From Ylistrum balloti (lineage: Eukaryota): a DNA stretch of 64,000 nucleotides. The translations under genes were made by a program, and so were the position numbers. Position 1 is the stretch's first letter. Each line of letters starts with the position of its first letter. Below, in pieces: positions 25,901 to 39,600 of the stretch. The stretch lies in contig NW_026782463.1 in assembly GCF_031769215.1 (NCBI RefSeq), forward strand, positions 930,001 to 994,000, in the 5' to 3' direction. Under the pieces are notes generated by a model. It searched no databases, was not told the origin of the DNA, and saw only the letters and a program-made list of their open reading frames with translations.

Positions 25901-27117
25901 GGTAGATATAAACGGTGTATATATGTGTCAGGGACTCTAATTGTTTGACTATTTGTGATGGAAAAGAGATACATGCATTATGTTTTGATTTTGTAGTTGG
26001 TTTTGAGGGACAATGATCTGATAGCTATCCCTAAAGAGGTTGGAGAACTGCCACGTCTTAAAGAGCTGCACGTCCAGGGTAACAGACTTACAGTGTTACC
26101 TCCAGAGATAGGTTTGTATTGTTATGGAGAGAGATTTCCTGGATAGTGTCTAGGATAATCTTAGTTTTCATATTGAAAATGTCTTAAGATAACACTTTTC
26201 TTATACATTGTACATGCAAAATGAATCATTGTTCCAAGAATTTCCTTTTGGTCACGATTAAATGTTAGTCAAAATCTTGCATGAAACTATTAAAGTCCAT
26301 TAGTATTAATTTGAGGAATATCCCATATGTTTTTTAGGAAATCTTGACCTTGTGGGATCAAAGCAGGTGTTCCGTGGAGAAAACAATCCTTGGGTGACCC
26401 CAATAGCTGACCAATACCAAGTGGGTGTGTCGCATGTATTTGACTACATAAGATCTGACACCTACCGATTGTAAGTTAATTTTCAAAATATCAGTATAAC
26501 TTGCTAAATGGATTTAATATTGTGGAGATTTACTATGGATGACATGGAAATGGTTTAGATCCCCATCATTTGATTGTGTATTTTGTATTAATGTTTGTGT
26601 GATGAGACCACATGTATTTATGCTGCATGTATTATTTCTAGATCATAAGACAGTTATTGTAAAGATCACCACCCTGTAGCTGTAACAGAGATAAAAAGAC
26701 CTACCTCAAACGTTCCTGAAAATGATTAATTCTTGGAATCAGAAACACTGGAAAATAGCAGAAAAATGGCTTTTTCATCACTGACACTGAGATGGGCATT
26801 AAAAATTCAATATTTTATGTGTATGAAAGCATACTCCTCAGGAATTTTTCACCAGGCATTCAATTTATTATGTAAAAGAAGGGTGTTTTGGCCTCCTGAG
26901 TGTGAAGAGTCTCAGCACCGTGATTTTTTAAAAATCTTTATGGTAGATTTAATATCAGTGTAACCAATACCATATCAGTGTTGTATAATGAGTTGCCCAG
27001 TGATTATAGTTTGTCTTCTTTACAATTATCAACAGTTTGTACGGTCGCCATATTGCTGCGGAATCTGCCCCGCCTCCAAAGACAAATGACAAGTCTAAGA
27101 AGATAAGCCGAGGTTGA
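19919..27117 (+). CDS. RSU1: Ras suppressor protein 1 (LRR), 270 aa; exons 19919-20027, 21311-21361, 21925-21992, 22544-22596, 23704-23822, 24647-24729, 25997-26111, 26338-26470, 27036-27117
   Basis: The spliced frame is continuous (109+51+68+53+119+83+115+133+82 = 813 nt) with GT-AG introns throughout. Peptides match RSU1: MNKLNTLPRGFGAFPVLEVLDLTYNNL, TLRALYLGDNDFEVIPPEIG, ELHVQGNRLTVLPPEIG, ENNPWVTPIADQYQVGVSHVFDYIRSDTY, NDKSKKISR. Confidence 0.97.
22603..23150 (+). mobile_element. Helentron-associated (HINE/DINE-1-like) non-autonomous element in RSU1 intron 4
   Basis: Starts in a T-run, then a stem-loop remnant agtccactatc-atca-gatggttggct, a gtccgtctgtccgtc microsatellite, and internal ~150-bp degenerate repeats containing ccatcttggattt. 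This is the typical HINE layout. Confidence 0.65.
23453..23629. mobile_element. 177-bp MITE with CAGGG-type (hAT-like) TIRs
   Basis: cagggctctc (23453-23462) and gagagccctg (23620-23629) are perfect inverted repeats, flanked on both sides by atatatata. Internal ttagaattgggaaaa repeats are present. Confidence 0.75.
25432..25702. repeat. 15-bp minisatellite in RSU1 intron 6
   Basis: gagacaggtaactgt and variants, ~18 copies; explains the RQVTV and SHSYL ORFs. Confidence 0.95.
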
Positions 27118-28545
27118 GAGGAAGAGCAGTCACAGATACAGAATACTCATCTTACTTAAAACAGCAGGGATTCATATTGGGTTATAAACACACAGCTAGA
27201 CATTACAATACTGGAAGAATTTAATTTTAAGCAACTTCTCTGCCTTTTGATTTCATTGGATGATAGAAAGATGAATTGTGAATGGGAAGTATATAAACTA
27301 TACATCCTGGTACTCAGTAGTAAATGACATTCTGTGCGGCTGGCAAAAATCTACTTTGGCTTATTTTACACTCATCTATTTTGGAAGGAGTAGATCTGAA
27401 ACCACAGTCATGAGTACAAAGTATTCACTTAAATGGCAGAAAAAACACAAATTATGGTATCATGTGAATGTTAGAATGATATTTACCAAGTATTAAAGAT
27501 TTACTTCACTCGACAAGGACTACAGAAAATCGTGGAAATACTATGTTGTTTTCAGTATGATTAATGTCCTTGGACTTCGCACAGATTTCTTGGTACTTCT
27601 CTCCTCATTAATTAATTCAGTAACTATCGACATTGATTGAAATGAATATTCACCTTAATAAAGGTGTTAAACTATTCAGAATACTGAATTTTTTTTCTAA
27701 AAATGTAGAAGATATCATGTCATTGCTTATTAATGAATGTAAGATATTCTTCCACTTTCTTGATGAAAGATTTTCTACAGAAATTTTGTGCATTTTCAGT
27801 GTAAACCATAATGAAATTGGTTTCATACTGTTGGGGTTAAACTCACAATGTGAGTTTTTTTTGTGAAAATTGTATCTTAACCAAAGATAATTAAGTATTT
27901 TCTTTCACGATATGCTGTAATGAAGTAATTAATTGGTTTGACCATGCTGGGGATAACATGGTTAATGGTGCTATTTTTTATGTCTATTTTTAGGTAGCTA
28001 GTATACTGCTACTTGTACATTATCTCCACTGTAGGGATTTACTAACATTTGCTTCATTTCTTTTCTCAGTGTCAATCAGCTCATTAGTAAATTTATTGTG
28101 TAGAAGAATCATTGTTAGATTTCAGGAAAATATTTTTTCTGTTATCGCCATGATTAGGTTGTACTGTTTTTATACGGATTTGTCAAACTTGTATTGTAAC
28201 ACATACCAGGTAATTTTGTGGATCAAAAGTTTCATCAAACTCTTTCTAAATTTTTTAGTAGAATTGATTTTTGTTGTTTCATCACCAGTTCTATTCATTT
28301 GTTCTTCTATCAATAAATACTGTTTATTTATTTAGAAAAAAAAAAAGAATATTTTTGACAAAATCTTTGAAATTTTGTTATGGTATACTATGTAGGGTTG
28401 AATGCTTCAAGATGAACCTTATTGATAATTTTCTTTTCTGGGAGAAAAAATAGTCTGTTATTTCCTACACTTACAGTGCATTGCACTGTACCATGTTTAC
28501 TGTGATTTTACCACGGTGTTTCTTTTTAAGGGTAAAGCATGTTTT

Positions 28546-28620
28546 ATAAGTGAAACATAATCTTAAGAGTCAAACATAATCTTAGGAGTGAAACAATATC
28601 TTAGGAGTGAAACATTATGA
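28546..28620. repeat. 19-bp tandem repeat (~4 copies) in the putative RSU1 3' UTR
   Basis: gtgaaacataatcttagga-type units. Confidence 0.7.
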
Positions 28621-29595
28621 CACAAGTAGATCTGTTAAACTAGAGTTACTGTTGATAGGTATTATGGAGTACATAGCAAATATGACACTGTGTGTACAGG
28701 ATAGTGTAGACAAGTTCTGTGATTAATAATTTATACATGAAAGAGGGACTCATACTAAATCCTACCTTCTTTAAAAGACACATGATGAACACATACTGTG
28801 CTTCCTTACATTTAACTCATAATTCGTTTTACATATATCAGTTTGTATTACATTTTATTGTTGTTGCCTGACACATCACAGGAGGTCAGATTTTTGTGTG
28901 TTAATGTTTTAATATATTTCTGATTTATAAGTATACACATTGTATATATATGCTTATAGCCATATAATCGTGTCAAAATTTAGTCTTAATTAGGAACATG
29001 TATATTTCTCACTTTATGATAATTTCTGTCCATTGCCCTGGCCAGTAATGATCATTTAATCTCTGCGTAAGAAGCTAATATGAATGTGCTTGCTGCTGAA
29101 TGACTTTCGAGTATTTAGTATAAATTTACCTCTGGCCTATGTTTCCATGTTTACTGTTTCACAATATGTTGAACTACTTAACTTTCTCAATTATTCTTGT
29201 TAATTATGAAAATACTGGTGTATATTTGATACATTATGTAAATTAAGATTTCAGTTATTTCAATGATACCAGTAAGTAATTGAATGATGGTATATTACCA
29301 TGTACAGTAGATGTTAAACTCAGAAATTTTTTTTTTATAAAAATACCCTTTTCTTTATATCAATACCTTGCTTCAGTTCAAGTGTACAGCATATATGACA
29401 AATGTGACCTGTAATATTATGTTTATACATTTCAATAAATATATCATAAGCTTTTAGAAAGTGACATTTTGTTGTGAAAAGTTTAGCCTAATATTACATC
29501 TACAATACATATTTACATGATCAGGTACTACAAACATTACACAACACACTGCTGTGATCTAGGTAGTCCTATGCTAATCAAAGGGTGAAACCAGT

Positions 29596-29960
29596 ATCAC
29601 ACGAAAGACGGACGTGTTATGGTATGGCGCTGTCCGTCCGTCCGATGTAAACTTTTATTTGTCCGAAGATCTCCTCATACATTTTTCAGCGGATCTTTAT
29701 GAAACTTGAAAGGCTTAATCACCATGATATGAAGTTGTGTTTTCCTGAACGGGGTTTTGATTAGACGATTTCAATAAGAGTTATGGCCCTTTGTTTATTT
29801 AACTATAGAAATCTTGTTTGGAGATCTCCTCCAACATTTTTCAGCCAATCTTTATGAAACTTGTAGGCTTAATCACCATGATATGAAATTGTGTTTTCCT
29901 GAACAGGGTTTTGATTAGATGATTTGACTAAGAGTTATGCCACTTTGCTGTTGCAGTACT
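29596..29960 (+). mobile_element. HINE/DINE-1-like non-autonomous element fragment
   Basis: Short hairpin-like start, then gtccgtccgtccg and two ~150-bp tandem units (gatctcctc...atctttatgaaacttg...ccatgatatgaa...cctgaac...gttatg). Confidence 0.6.
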
Positions 29961-32002
29961 CTTGTTCAACTTTCCAATATATGTTTTATTTAAAGAATAT
30001 ATGGTGATGGGAAATTAGCAAGATTATTTTCTGAACAATCCTCTTTATTATAGCATGAACAAAGGTGTTTAACTCTGTATTGGTGCCAACATTACTTATT
30101 TAAGTTAGCTTGCAAGAACCCTTGGATAAACGAATGGATGGATGCACAGAGCCCAAATTAATATCCCCTCAAATGTGTTTCACAGGGACAATAAAGTATC
30201 CAAGTGTCATATCAGGCTGGTGGCAAGCTGGTTTAAGATTTCAAGTTTGTTCAAATGAATAACCTTGACCCAGGATTCAAATGAGTTAACATATCAAATA
30301 GAGCTAAAAAGGCCAAGGTTAATGCGAAATCGGTCCAGTAGTTTGCTGACGTTATGGCCTTTTAGGTATGTTCAAATGAATGATGTAGATTCACTTTCAA
30401 AGTAATGGGTTAAATGTGTTAAAACCATAAAACAAGTCGTTCTACATAAACAGAAGTACCACAAGGCCTGTAAATCTGTTGGAGTAATACTTCCAACCAA
30501 GAGTTTTTTTTCTAAATTGCAGAATAAGGGAGTGTAACAGGTTCATTTCGACTAGGGTTTCTGGGAAGAAAAAAAACGAAGGTATTTAGTTGTGATTATA
30601 ACAAGTTTATTAATACATATAGACCTTCAATACCTCTTACATTTGTATACAGCTTCCCCATTCACACACACAAACCACATGTAAAGTACAAATCATACAC
30701 AAGATAAAACAGGATTTAAAACATCAAAACAAAATAGAACTGGATTTCTTTCTAAAGCACATGCCGAACTATCCCTGGATTTACAATGTCAATACATTTA
30801 CATATTCTTGTTTCAATTTCAACTTTATTTCAACGTGTATGAAATACAGATTGTTAAAGCTACAGGTAGAATTCCTGAAAATACTGAGATACAAATGAGC
30901 ACTTAGGAATGTCTTTTCTCTTGGTAATCATTGGCTTGAAGCATAATCACTTAAATATGAGAACATCAGGAAGGATAAATAAGTTTGGGAACATCATTTC
31001 TTATGATCAAATAAAGTGTTATCCATTTGTATCTATTGTTCAAGATATGATGGATTTCACAATAAGCAAAAATAACATGACAGAGTATCAGAAACTAATG
31101 CAAAAACTTACGCACTGGTGTCAAACATTTCTGCCTTTTCCATGGCCAATATATATCATATTATTTGCTCAATGCTAAAAATTTACATCACTGTAACCAG
31201 TTTGAATTTGAATGTCTGATCTTTCCATAACTTTTATTTTAAAATGTAATCTGTTATATGCCATCATTGCGAAGGAACACTTTCATCGACACAGATTTTG
31301 TCAGCCTTCCTGGCTCACTGTTTTGACTTTCTCTATGTGGAATGATTAAGTCAAGTCAAAACTACATTGAAAATCAGAAACAAAAGTAAGAATTTCATTA
31401 AATAATAAACAGGTAGATTTATACGTATCAATGGAACTGTAACACAAAAGTAACAAAAAAGTAAATAAGCGATGTTAGTTTTGACATACTTGGCATTTTA
31501 CCCTGGTTAAATTAGCCATTGATTATCTGATGAAGCCAAAATCTACATGTTATACTATGTAACATATCTATAACTTATATCTGTACATTTTGTCACTTTC
31601 CTGAGAATACAGTAGTCTGGTCCATACTGTCATCATGACAAGAATCATAGGTAATTGAAACCTACTGACAGAAGATTTTATCGGTGTACAAATACAACAT
31701 TAAGGTTCTTGACTTACATCATCAAATAATCAATAAATATCTACAGCAGGTCTTATATGATGTATCCATATTCTACTTCTTGCAAGCCAAAGATGGTGTT
31801 AGTTTTGAATACTAAGAAATAAATCTCATTGATTAAAATCTGAATTGAAGCTAAAAGTAGTGCTGAGGTTATAATAGTTAAGTTGAATACAACTGGTCAA
31901 TTATGAACTTGCTAAAGATCGAGCACCATACCGTTTTTTTTTTTTTTTTTATGAATTAATCTCCATTATATACTGGTATTAATTCTTCCGATGTGAAAAA
32001 AA

Positions 32003-32119
32003 TACCGTAAATCTCTGTGTATAGTGCACACTTTTTCAAGCCTTTTTTTTAAAATCTGACCCCAAAAAAGTACCTGCGCATTATACCCAATTGCGCACTA
32101 TACCTGCAAATTTACGGTA
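32003..32119. mobile_element. 117-bp MITE with TA-CCGTA termini (Tc1/mariner-pogo type)
   Basis: taccgtaaat (32003-32012) and atttacggta (32110-32119) form a perfect inverted repeat that includes the TA dinucleotide; internal tatagtgcac/gcgcactata symmetry. Confidence 0.75.
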
Positions 32120-34614
32120 GCAGTTATTACAAAGCATGAATCGTTATACTGTTACCATGGAACCGGTGAAAAAAGGAGATATCACTTAGGCACTGTAGAA
32201 TAACTACAGAATCATTTAGATTTACCACTACAGAAAACCACAGTAAACAGATATTTGCAAAATTTATGTAAATACTGTTAAGGAAATCATACATGCATAT
32301 TGCACTAGGACCTGATTTTGATTGAAATCAATATTTCAAATAATTTGTTGATTTAATTATGAATCTTTTCTAAGAAAATTTTACTGATGTCCCATTATAT
32401 ACACTGCATATAGAGAACTTGTGGAGGTTATCTACACACACAACAAAATAAATCTACTGATGTACACATACTTCAGGGAAGATACCTTCTTTCAAATTTC
32501 ATTCCCCCAAAAACTAGATATGAAAAAAAAACAATTTGCAATATAACAAATGATAGACATTAGGAAGACCTTATGTAAACATACAAATATTTACCTTCAA
32601 ATCATTGAGCATGTAATTATTGACCATAAATCAGGAAAGTTAACACTGAAAATTAATACATTTTGTAAATTACTTCTAAATACAAATACAATTATAACAA
32701 TGTAGTGCATAATTTTGAAGACTTTAGGATATATGCTTACACATTACTATGTGATTAAAGTCCTCGTAAAAATGATACAGACAAACTGCGGTAAAAAGTC
32801 ACTGATGCACCTGTAAGTTTGCTATAAAGGTAAGTGATTTACAGACTGATCTCCCTTGAAGTGTTTCAATAGTGTTATCTGTTCAATAGCGTTATCTGTG
32901 ACTTAAAATGAAGCATTCTTATAAACATTTTTTACCGTCAATCCAGTATGGGTAAATCAGTTCAAAATGCCATTCAGAAAGATGAGATCGGGGAGAAAAG
33001 AAAAGAAATCATAAAGTAATGACATAGCATACATCCTTAAGTCAAATTTTCACTTCACACATACATGAGAATAAAAGACTAGACCAGGTGTATGATTATG
33101 GTTACGTACAATAGCCTTCACAACAGTAGGTCTGGAGTGACTTTATAATGCTGTCACAAACCAGCCTGTGTTTTTGTCAGATCATTATTTCCATACCAAG
33201 TTTCATTTGTGTTTGTGTGAAACTAATAGATTTTCTTTTAGTCATTGAAACAGCACTCTCTTCTATATGATAGGTTTAAATACTGTACTATTTACATTGC
33301 AATGTTAAATCGTGGTAGAAAATTCAATTGTGGAAGTCGATCAACAAAGACAAAACCTATTCACTATGTACTCATTTGAGGACATACATCTATATATACT
33401 GTATGTTGATGTCTTTAATGGTGTCATGGTAATGATAAAATGGAAGTGCCCTCAAAACTTTAATCAGTGACCATTGTAATTTCCATTGCCCATCAGAGGA
33501 CCAAAGAGGGTATGAAAGATGACACCCCGTATTCAGGGTAGATAACTAGGACGTACCTAGGATGGTGGCGCAGGAATGTCAGTGATTAAAATCGAATGTG
33601 TCAAGTTATTTACATACATATACTGGAAAATAATACAACTCTATCTGCTACTATTGCACTCACTTCTATATGGTAACTAACCATGTTGCAATAAAATTTT
33701 CTAATTTGTAATAAAAGATTTAATTAAAAACAAAAAACAAAAACAACAAAACAGCCTTTTAAGCCATGACACGGACACTTAACATTTTAAGAACATGTTC
33801 ATGGTTGTCACAGTATACTATACATGAGTGAAATCTCAATTTTATTACCTGGTCTAAAAGATGTTTAAATGAAATGTTCTGACCTCTCATTAAGTACTTT
33901 ATAAAGAGTGCAGTTGTTATTATTACTATACTAAAATGATTAGAGTGAAATTCCTTCCCTTCATTTAAATAAAACCAACATACACAAACATACTACGGAT
34001 TTCTAGTTTATCAAAATTCTAGCTATTATATCAGATGCAGCCCAAATATACAACCTTTTACCACCTGACATTGATAACAACATACAGTTACTACACAACT
34101 GCTACCAGCTTCATCTGTCACCATTATAATCTAGAACAAGTGAACCTCCAGGAGCCAAACATATACCTTAATAGGTAAGATCATTTAACATGAAATCTAT
34201 AATTTTCATTTTTCACTTAAAAATCTGTAGTATATTAGAAAATATACTACATGGAATAGAGAAGTGTTCAGCACCATTTTCTTATCTCCTACAGACAAAC
34301 CGAGTCCGTATTTCCTAAATACATCAGTTATCTCCACGGAGAAAGTAACCTCTATGGTACATCAATATCACTTGATAATATTCTTCAAAGAAATACTTTA
34401 GAAACAAAATGTTATTAACTATTTGTAGTATGATTAATACATATGCTTATCAACCAAATTTAGAATTCACATTTCAAACAAAAATTGTAGTCCTTAACAA
34501 AACGTCACTAATGGAAACAACTAATAGGCTAAACTTTGTGGTATGAACAAACCTGTCTTATCTACAAATATCTTACCTCTAATTAGTAACTAGTATGTTG
34601 TTGTTATGTCACAG

Positions 34615-35575
34615 ATACACTTCTCATACCATGTTTATACAATATTGTTTACACTTCTCATACCATGTTTATACAATATTGTTTACACTTCTCATACCAT
34701 GTTTATACAATATTGTTTACACTTCTCATACCATGTTTATACAATATTGTTTATAATATTGTTTATACAATATTATATATACACTTCTCATACCATGTTT
34801 ATACAATATTGTTTATACACAATATTGTTTATACACTTCTCATACCATGTTTATACAATATTGTTTATACACTTCTCATACCATGTTTATACAATATTAT
34901 ATATACACTTCTCATACCATGTTTATACAATATTATATATACACTTCTCATACCATGTTTATACAATATTGTTTATACACTTCTCATACCATGTTTATAC
35001 AATATTATATATACACTTCTCATACCATGTTTATACAATATTATATATACACTTCTCATACCATGTTTATACAATATTGTTTATACACTTCTCATACCAT
35101 GTTTATACAATATTATATATACACTTCTCATACCATGTTTATACAATATTGTTTATACACTTCTCATACCATGTTTATACAATATTATATATACACTTCT
35201 CATACCATGTTTATACAATATTGTTTATACACTTCTCATACCATGTTTATACAATATTGTTAATACACTTCTCATACCGTGTTTATACAATATTGTTTAC
35301 ACTTCTCATACCATGTTTATACAATATTGTTTATACACTTCTCATACCATGTTTATACAATATTGTTTACACTTCTCATACCATGTTTATACAATATTGT
35401 TTACACTTCTCATACCATGTTTATACAATATTGTATATACACTTCTCATACCATGTTTATACTATATTGTTTACACTTCTCATACGATGTTTATACAATA
35501 TTGTATATACACTTCTCATACCATGTTTATACTATATTGTTTACACTTCTCATACGATGTTTATACAATATTATA
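34615..35575. repeat. 34-36-bp AT-rich minisatellite (~27 copies)
   Basis: Unit atacacttctcataccatgtttatacaatattgttt or ...attatat, with a 36-bp period (34981 to 35017). Confidence 0.97.
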
Positions 35576-35799
35576 CATAGAACTGCTACTTACAAATCAA
35601 TACAAGAAAAACTATGAACATTATCAGTAACATATAATTTATAGGAATCCTGCATCAAAAATGTTAATCAGTATGCCATAAGTCAACAAGGAACATTTTT
35701 ATTTCATCCTTTCAATCTCAATCTGTTCTTGTGATCTGTAGCAACGCATTAGCCCTAACAACTGATCATACCAACTTTATAGGCTACCATACATGTACA

Positions 35800-36230
35800 G
35801 AATAATTACAGGTGTCAAAGTAATATGTTACCTCGACATAGTTGACGGTCACACACTGTTTTACAGGTGACAGGTGTCAATAACAGTACTATGTCCCCTT
35901 GATAATGTAGACTGCCCAAGACTGTTTTACAGATGATAGGTGTCAATAGTACTTTCACGTTGACACTGTTGATGGTCCCAGTTTTACAGGTGACAGGTGT
36001 CAACAACAGTACTATGTAACCTTAGTACTGTATACTGTACCAGATGGTTTTACAGATGACAAGTGTCAAAAGCAATATTAGGTAACACTGATACTGTCAA
36101 CATCAGTACTATGTCCCCTTGATACTGTAGACTGTCCAAAACTGTTCACAGGTGACAGGTGTCAAGAGCAGCACTATGTCACCTTGACACTTTAGATTGT
36201 CCACAACTTCTAGACACATGACAAGTGACA
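35800..36230. repeat. Degenerate ~60-65-bp tandem repeat
   Basis: ttttacaggtgacaggtgtcaa-type cores near 35860, 35925, 35983, 36049 and 36145. Confidence 0.7.
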
Positions 36231-36697
36231 TCAGAAGCTGTCTTACTCCATAGGACAAAACTGTTCACATTCTTTCTAAACCAGGATACAAATGTGGCTT
36301 ATAAATGAAATGTGTGTCTATCACCATATGTATTATCAAAATTTCTGCAAAGTGGTAGCAGTTGATACAATAATACAGAAATTATTACAAACCTAGATAG
36401 CAACATTTAGTGATTAAATCAGTGATAAAGTTTTGACTCTGTTAACATAAAATACTGGTACACTGATGTCTATCACTGAATACAGAACTCCAAAAACAAT
36501 AAATAAAACAATATTAAACAGGTGGCCACTGTTTTAGTGTCCTTTCATGGTTTACCTAGTCTGCTAAGACACTTATCACAACCCAATCACAAATACCCTG
36601 GTGTACAACAGATCTGGCTGGGTTTCACTTCACTAAAACAGGCCCACTATGTGTAAAACTAAAGAAAATTAAATACATAACTAGTAACTACCTACAA

Positions 36698-39600
36698 CTA
36701 TAAAAATGCACTTGGATTTGCTTTAGGATCTTTCTGATTTCTGTATCGTAGTGCGAGCCAAACTCCAATAATCTGAAACATAATACAAAAGTAATTATTA
36801 AAATCCTTCTCAAAGCAATTAGATCATTAGCATTTACGAAAAAAAGAACCCGCAGGAATTTTGGCGCTCACCATCACTTTCTGTTCGTTGGTTTCAGTTT
36901 AATTTTGATCTTTTCCATTGCTTTTTCCTTCGTTTAAATTCTCTGTTGTAATGACAGTTATAATATCTATGGTGAATAAAAACTTATATGTTTGAAAAAT
37001 TCCTACTTACGACTCTCCAAATTGTCTGAAAGTTTGTCAGATTATTCCAAAGGAAGACTACATGTGAAATTTGAGAAACACCTCGCCTGGTCTGAAGGAG
37101 TAACAATTTTTATAATTCAAGACCCAAGACAGCTACATGTTGGCCTTCTTGTTTATCTCATGTTATCACTCTTAAAACTGATTATGTACCACTTGGGACA
37201 AAGGAAATCTATATTATCTAATAGGAAAACAATTCACAGAGATATAGCAGTGACAGCTTAACTGTCTAAATCAATGGTCATCCCTTTTTCAAAGTATGTA
37301 TAAAAACGTTTCCAGAAATAGCATTAAAATGTTTAAGACGGACAGACGACAGATAAAGGGCGATTTACCAGGTATAGTAGTTTTATGACATAATACTGGA
37401 CTATAACAACACAACAACAATCCATGACTGTCACACAGAACGAGTTATTCATAAATAGCATAAATACACACAACATTGTATATGAAGCCTCCCATGTTCT
37501 AAACCTATGTTCTTGCACTGATAATTACCCAACATGCATTTCATGCATCCTCTTAATGACGAGGTTGACAATTATTTTCAAAATTTTATCACAGACAGAT
37601 GCTACTTGATCACTTCATTAAATTTTTCCTCTACAACCAATGTTACAATGCATCAAGATTTATTATCTTATGTTAACCGTTACAGAGCATTAGACATTCG
37701 GTTTGTTAGATGTCAATGTTCTGTCAGACGTACACTAAATTTGTACATTATGTAAACATGCAGCTAAACATAAGCCTGTATTAAGTTGTTATTGTTCTCT
37801 GTTTATATATAATTGGTCAGGGCAATCGTATATTTTTTGTTATCTACAGGTGAAAAAGCTGATTAAATTTTCTCAATGTTACTGCATTCTGGTTTTTATG
37901 TAATTACATCTGATTTCTCGTCAGGATAAATGCATACTTTTTGTTAACTACAGATAAAAAATCTGATTAAATTTTCTCAATGTTACTGTATTGTGGTTTT
38001 TATGTAATAACATCTGATTTCTCGTCAGTATAATCATGTACTTTTTGTTAACTACAGGTGAAAAAGCTGATTAAATTTTCTCAATGTTACTGTATTCTGG
38101 TTTTTATGTAATTACATCTGAATTCTCGTCAGGATAATCGCATACTTTTTGTTAACTACAGGTGATAAATGCAATAAGCCTTTCGACATGAACTACATTT
38201 TCTCCTCTAAATGATCTGCAGTGTCTTGTGTTACTAGTGATCCTACTATATAACAGGCTTTGTACAAGTAGTATAGCCACCATAATAACCGATAGTGAAA
38301 CCACCCACGTGTATAGTGTTAGCTTGGGAGTTGACAGTTAGACACTAGGAAGGATTACTTTATACAGTGTTCAAGTGCAGAGGTCACTCTAATACTTCCT
38401 AACTAACTGTGGTTCATTAATATTGCTATGGTACGTGTATATAAAGACAGTTATCCTAATTCTATCAATAACAATTTGTAAACAATGTGTTACAAGAATG
38501 AATGTATATCAAATGATTTACACTAAAACATTTTTTATCATCAACAAACAAAATCAGTATTTTATACAATATCATAAATTGGTTTTATAGTGAGTTTTAT
38601 AATCAATCCTGCCATCCATGTATCTTAATTTTTAACTTTCAAGCTGTTCAGTCACTTAATTTGTTATAGTATTGGCGGTAGTCTAGAAAACACTAATAGT
38701 TATCATATTTATAATGTAATACGATTTCAGCCTGTTAGGCTTGTGATCAATCAATATAAAGTATCAAGTAACTGGCACAGGCTGCTGACCTAAGAATGCA
38801 TGTTGTAAATCAATACTGGGCTTCAACAACTTATGGATACGGATCATGTCTATTGTACAGCTGATGAGTAATAGCTTTGACTTGTGTGGTAATACATTGT
38901 CATATCATTCAGGGTAGGTTTCATCAATTCTTATCATTACTAATGTACTGAAACATGAATCAAGTCTGGACTTTATTCTATTTTAAACAAAGTAAACTAT
39001 CGTAACAAATAATTTTTAGAAACTCTTAGTGCACTGAATGGAAATCTAGAAGATACACATCCTTAAAAAAATAAAAAATAAATTGGTAAGATTTTTTTTT
39101 CAATTTTGAAACAACAATGAATCCCATACAAAACAATGGAACATGAGCCTTACTGCTCACCTGTATATCTACAAGACAAATTATTACAAGATTCACTATT
39201 ACCAAACTTGGCTAAAAAGAATTTCTCGAAAACAAAAACATCCAAACAAACAAGATTTTGAATATATTATTGTGAAAACTGACTCGTTCAGTATTTTATT
39301 CTGACTCTATGCCATGGACAGACAGATAATTAATTATCAAATGACTACCATGCTAATTACGGTGCTGCTGCAAATTGTAGTTTTAGAATAATTTCAACAA
39401 AATTTATAAATTTTTGTTTGTAGTGAGTGTAATTAAAGACTAATGTTCCAAGTATTAATTTTTGGTACAATTGCTCCCTATAAAACTGTAAAAATTGTAC
39501 AAATTCCCACAGCCACGTGAAAAATTTCTAATCCTTCGATCTCAACTACAAGCCTTTGAGAAAATAATTGATGAATGATAGTTAAGACTACAGACATTGT

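Noticed and set aside
34606-35630. Three long ORFs of 138-324 aa (YTILFIHFSYHV etc.)
   Set aside because: The 36-bp unit is a multiple of 3 and lacks stops in several frames; this is a repeat artefact.
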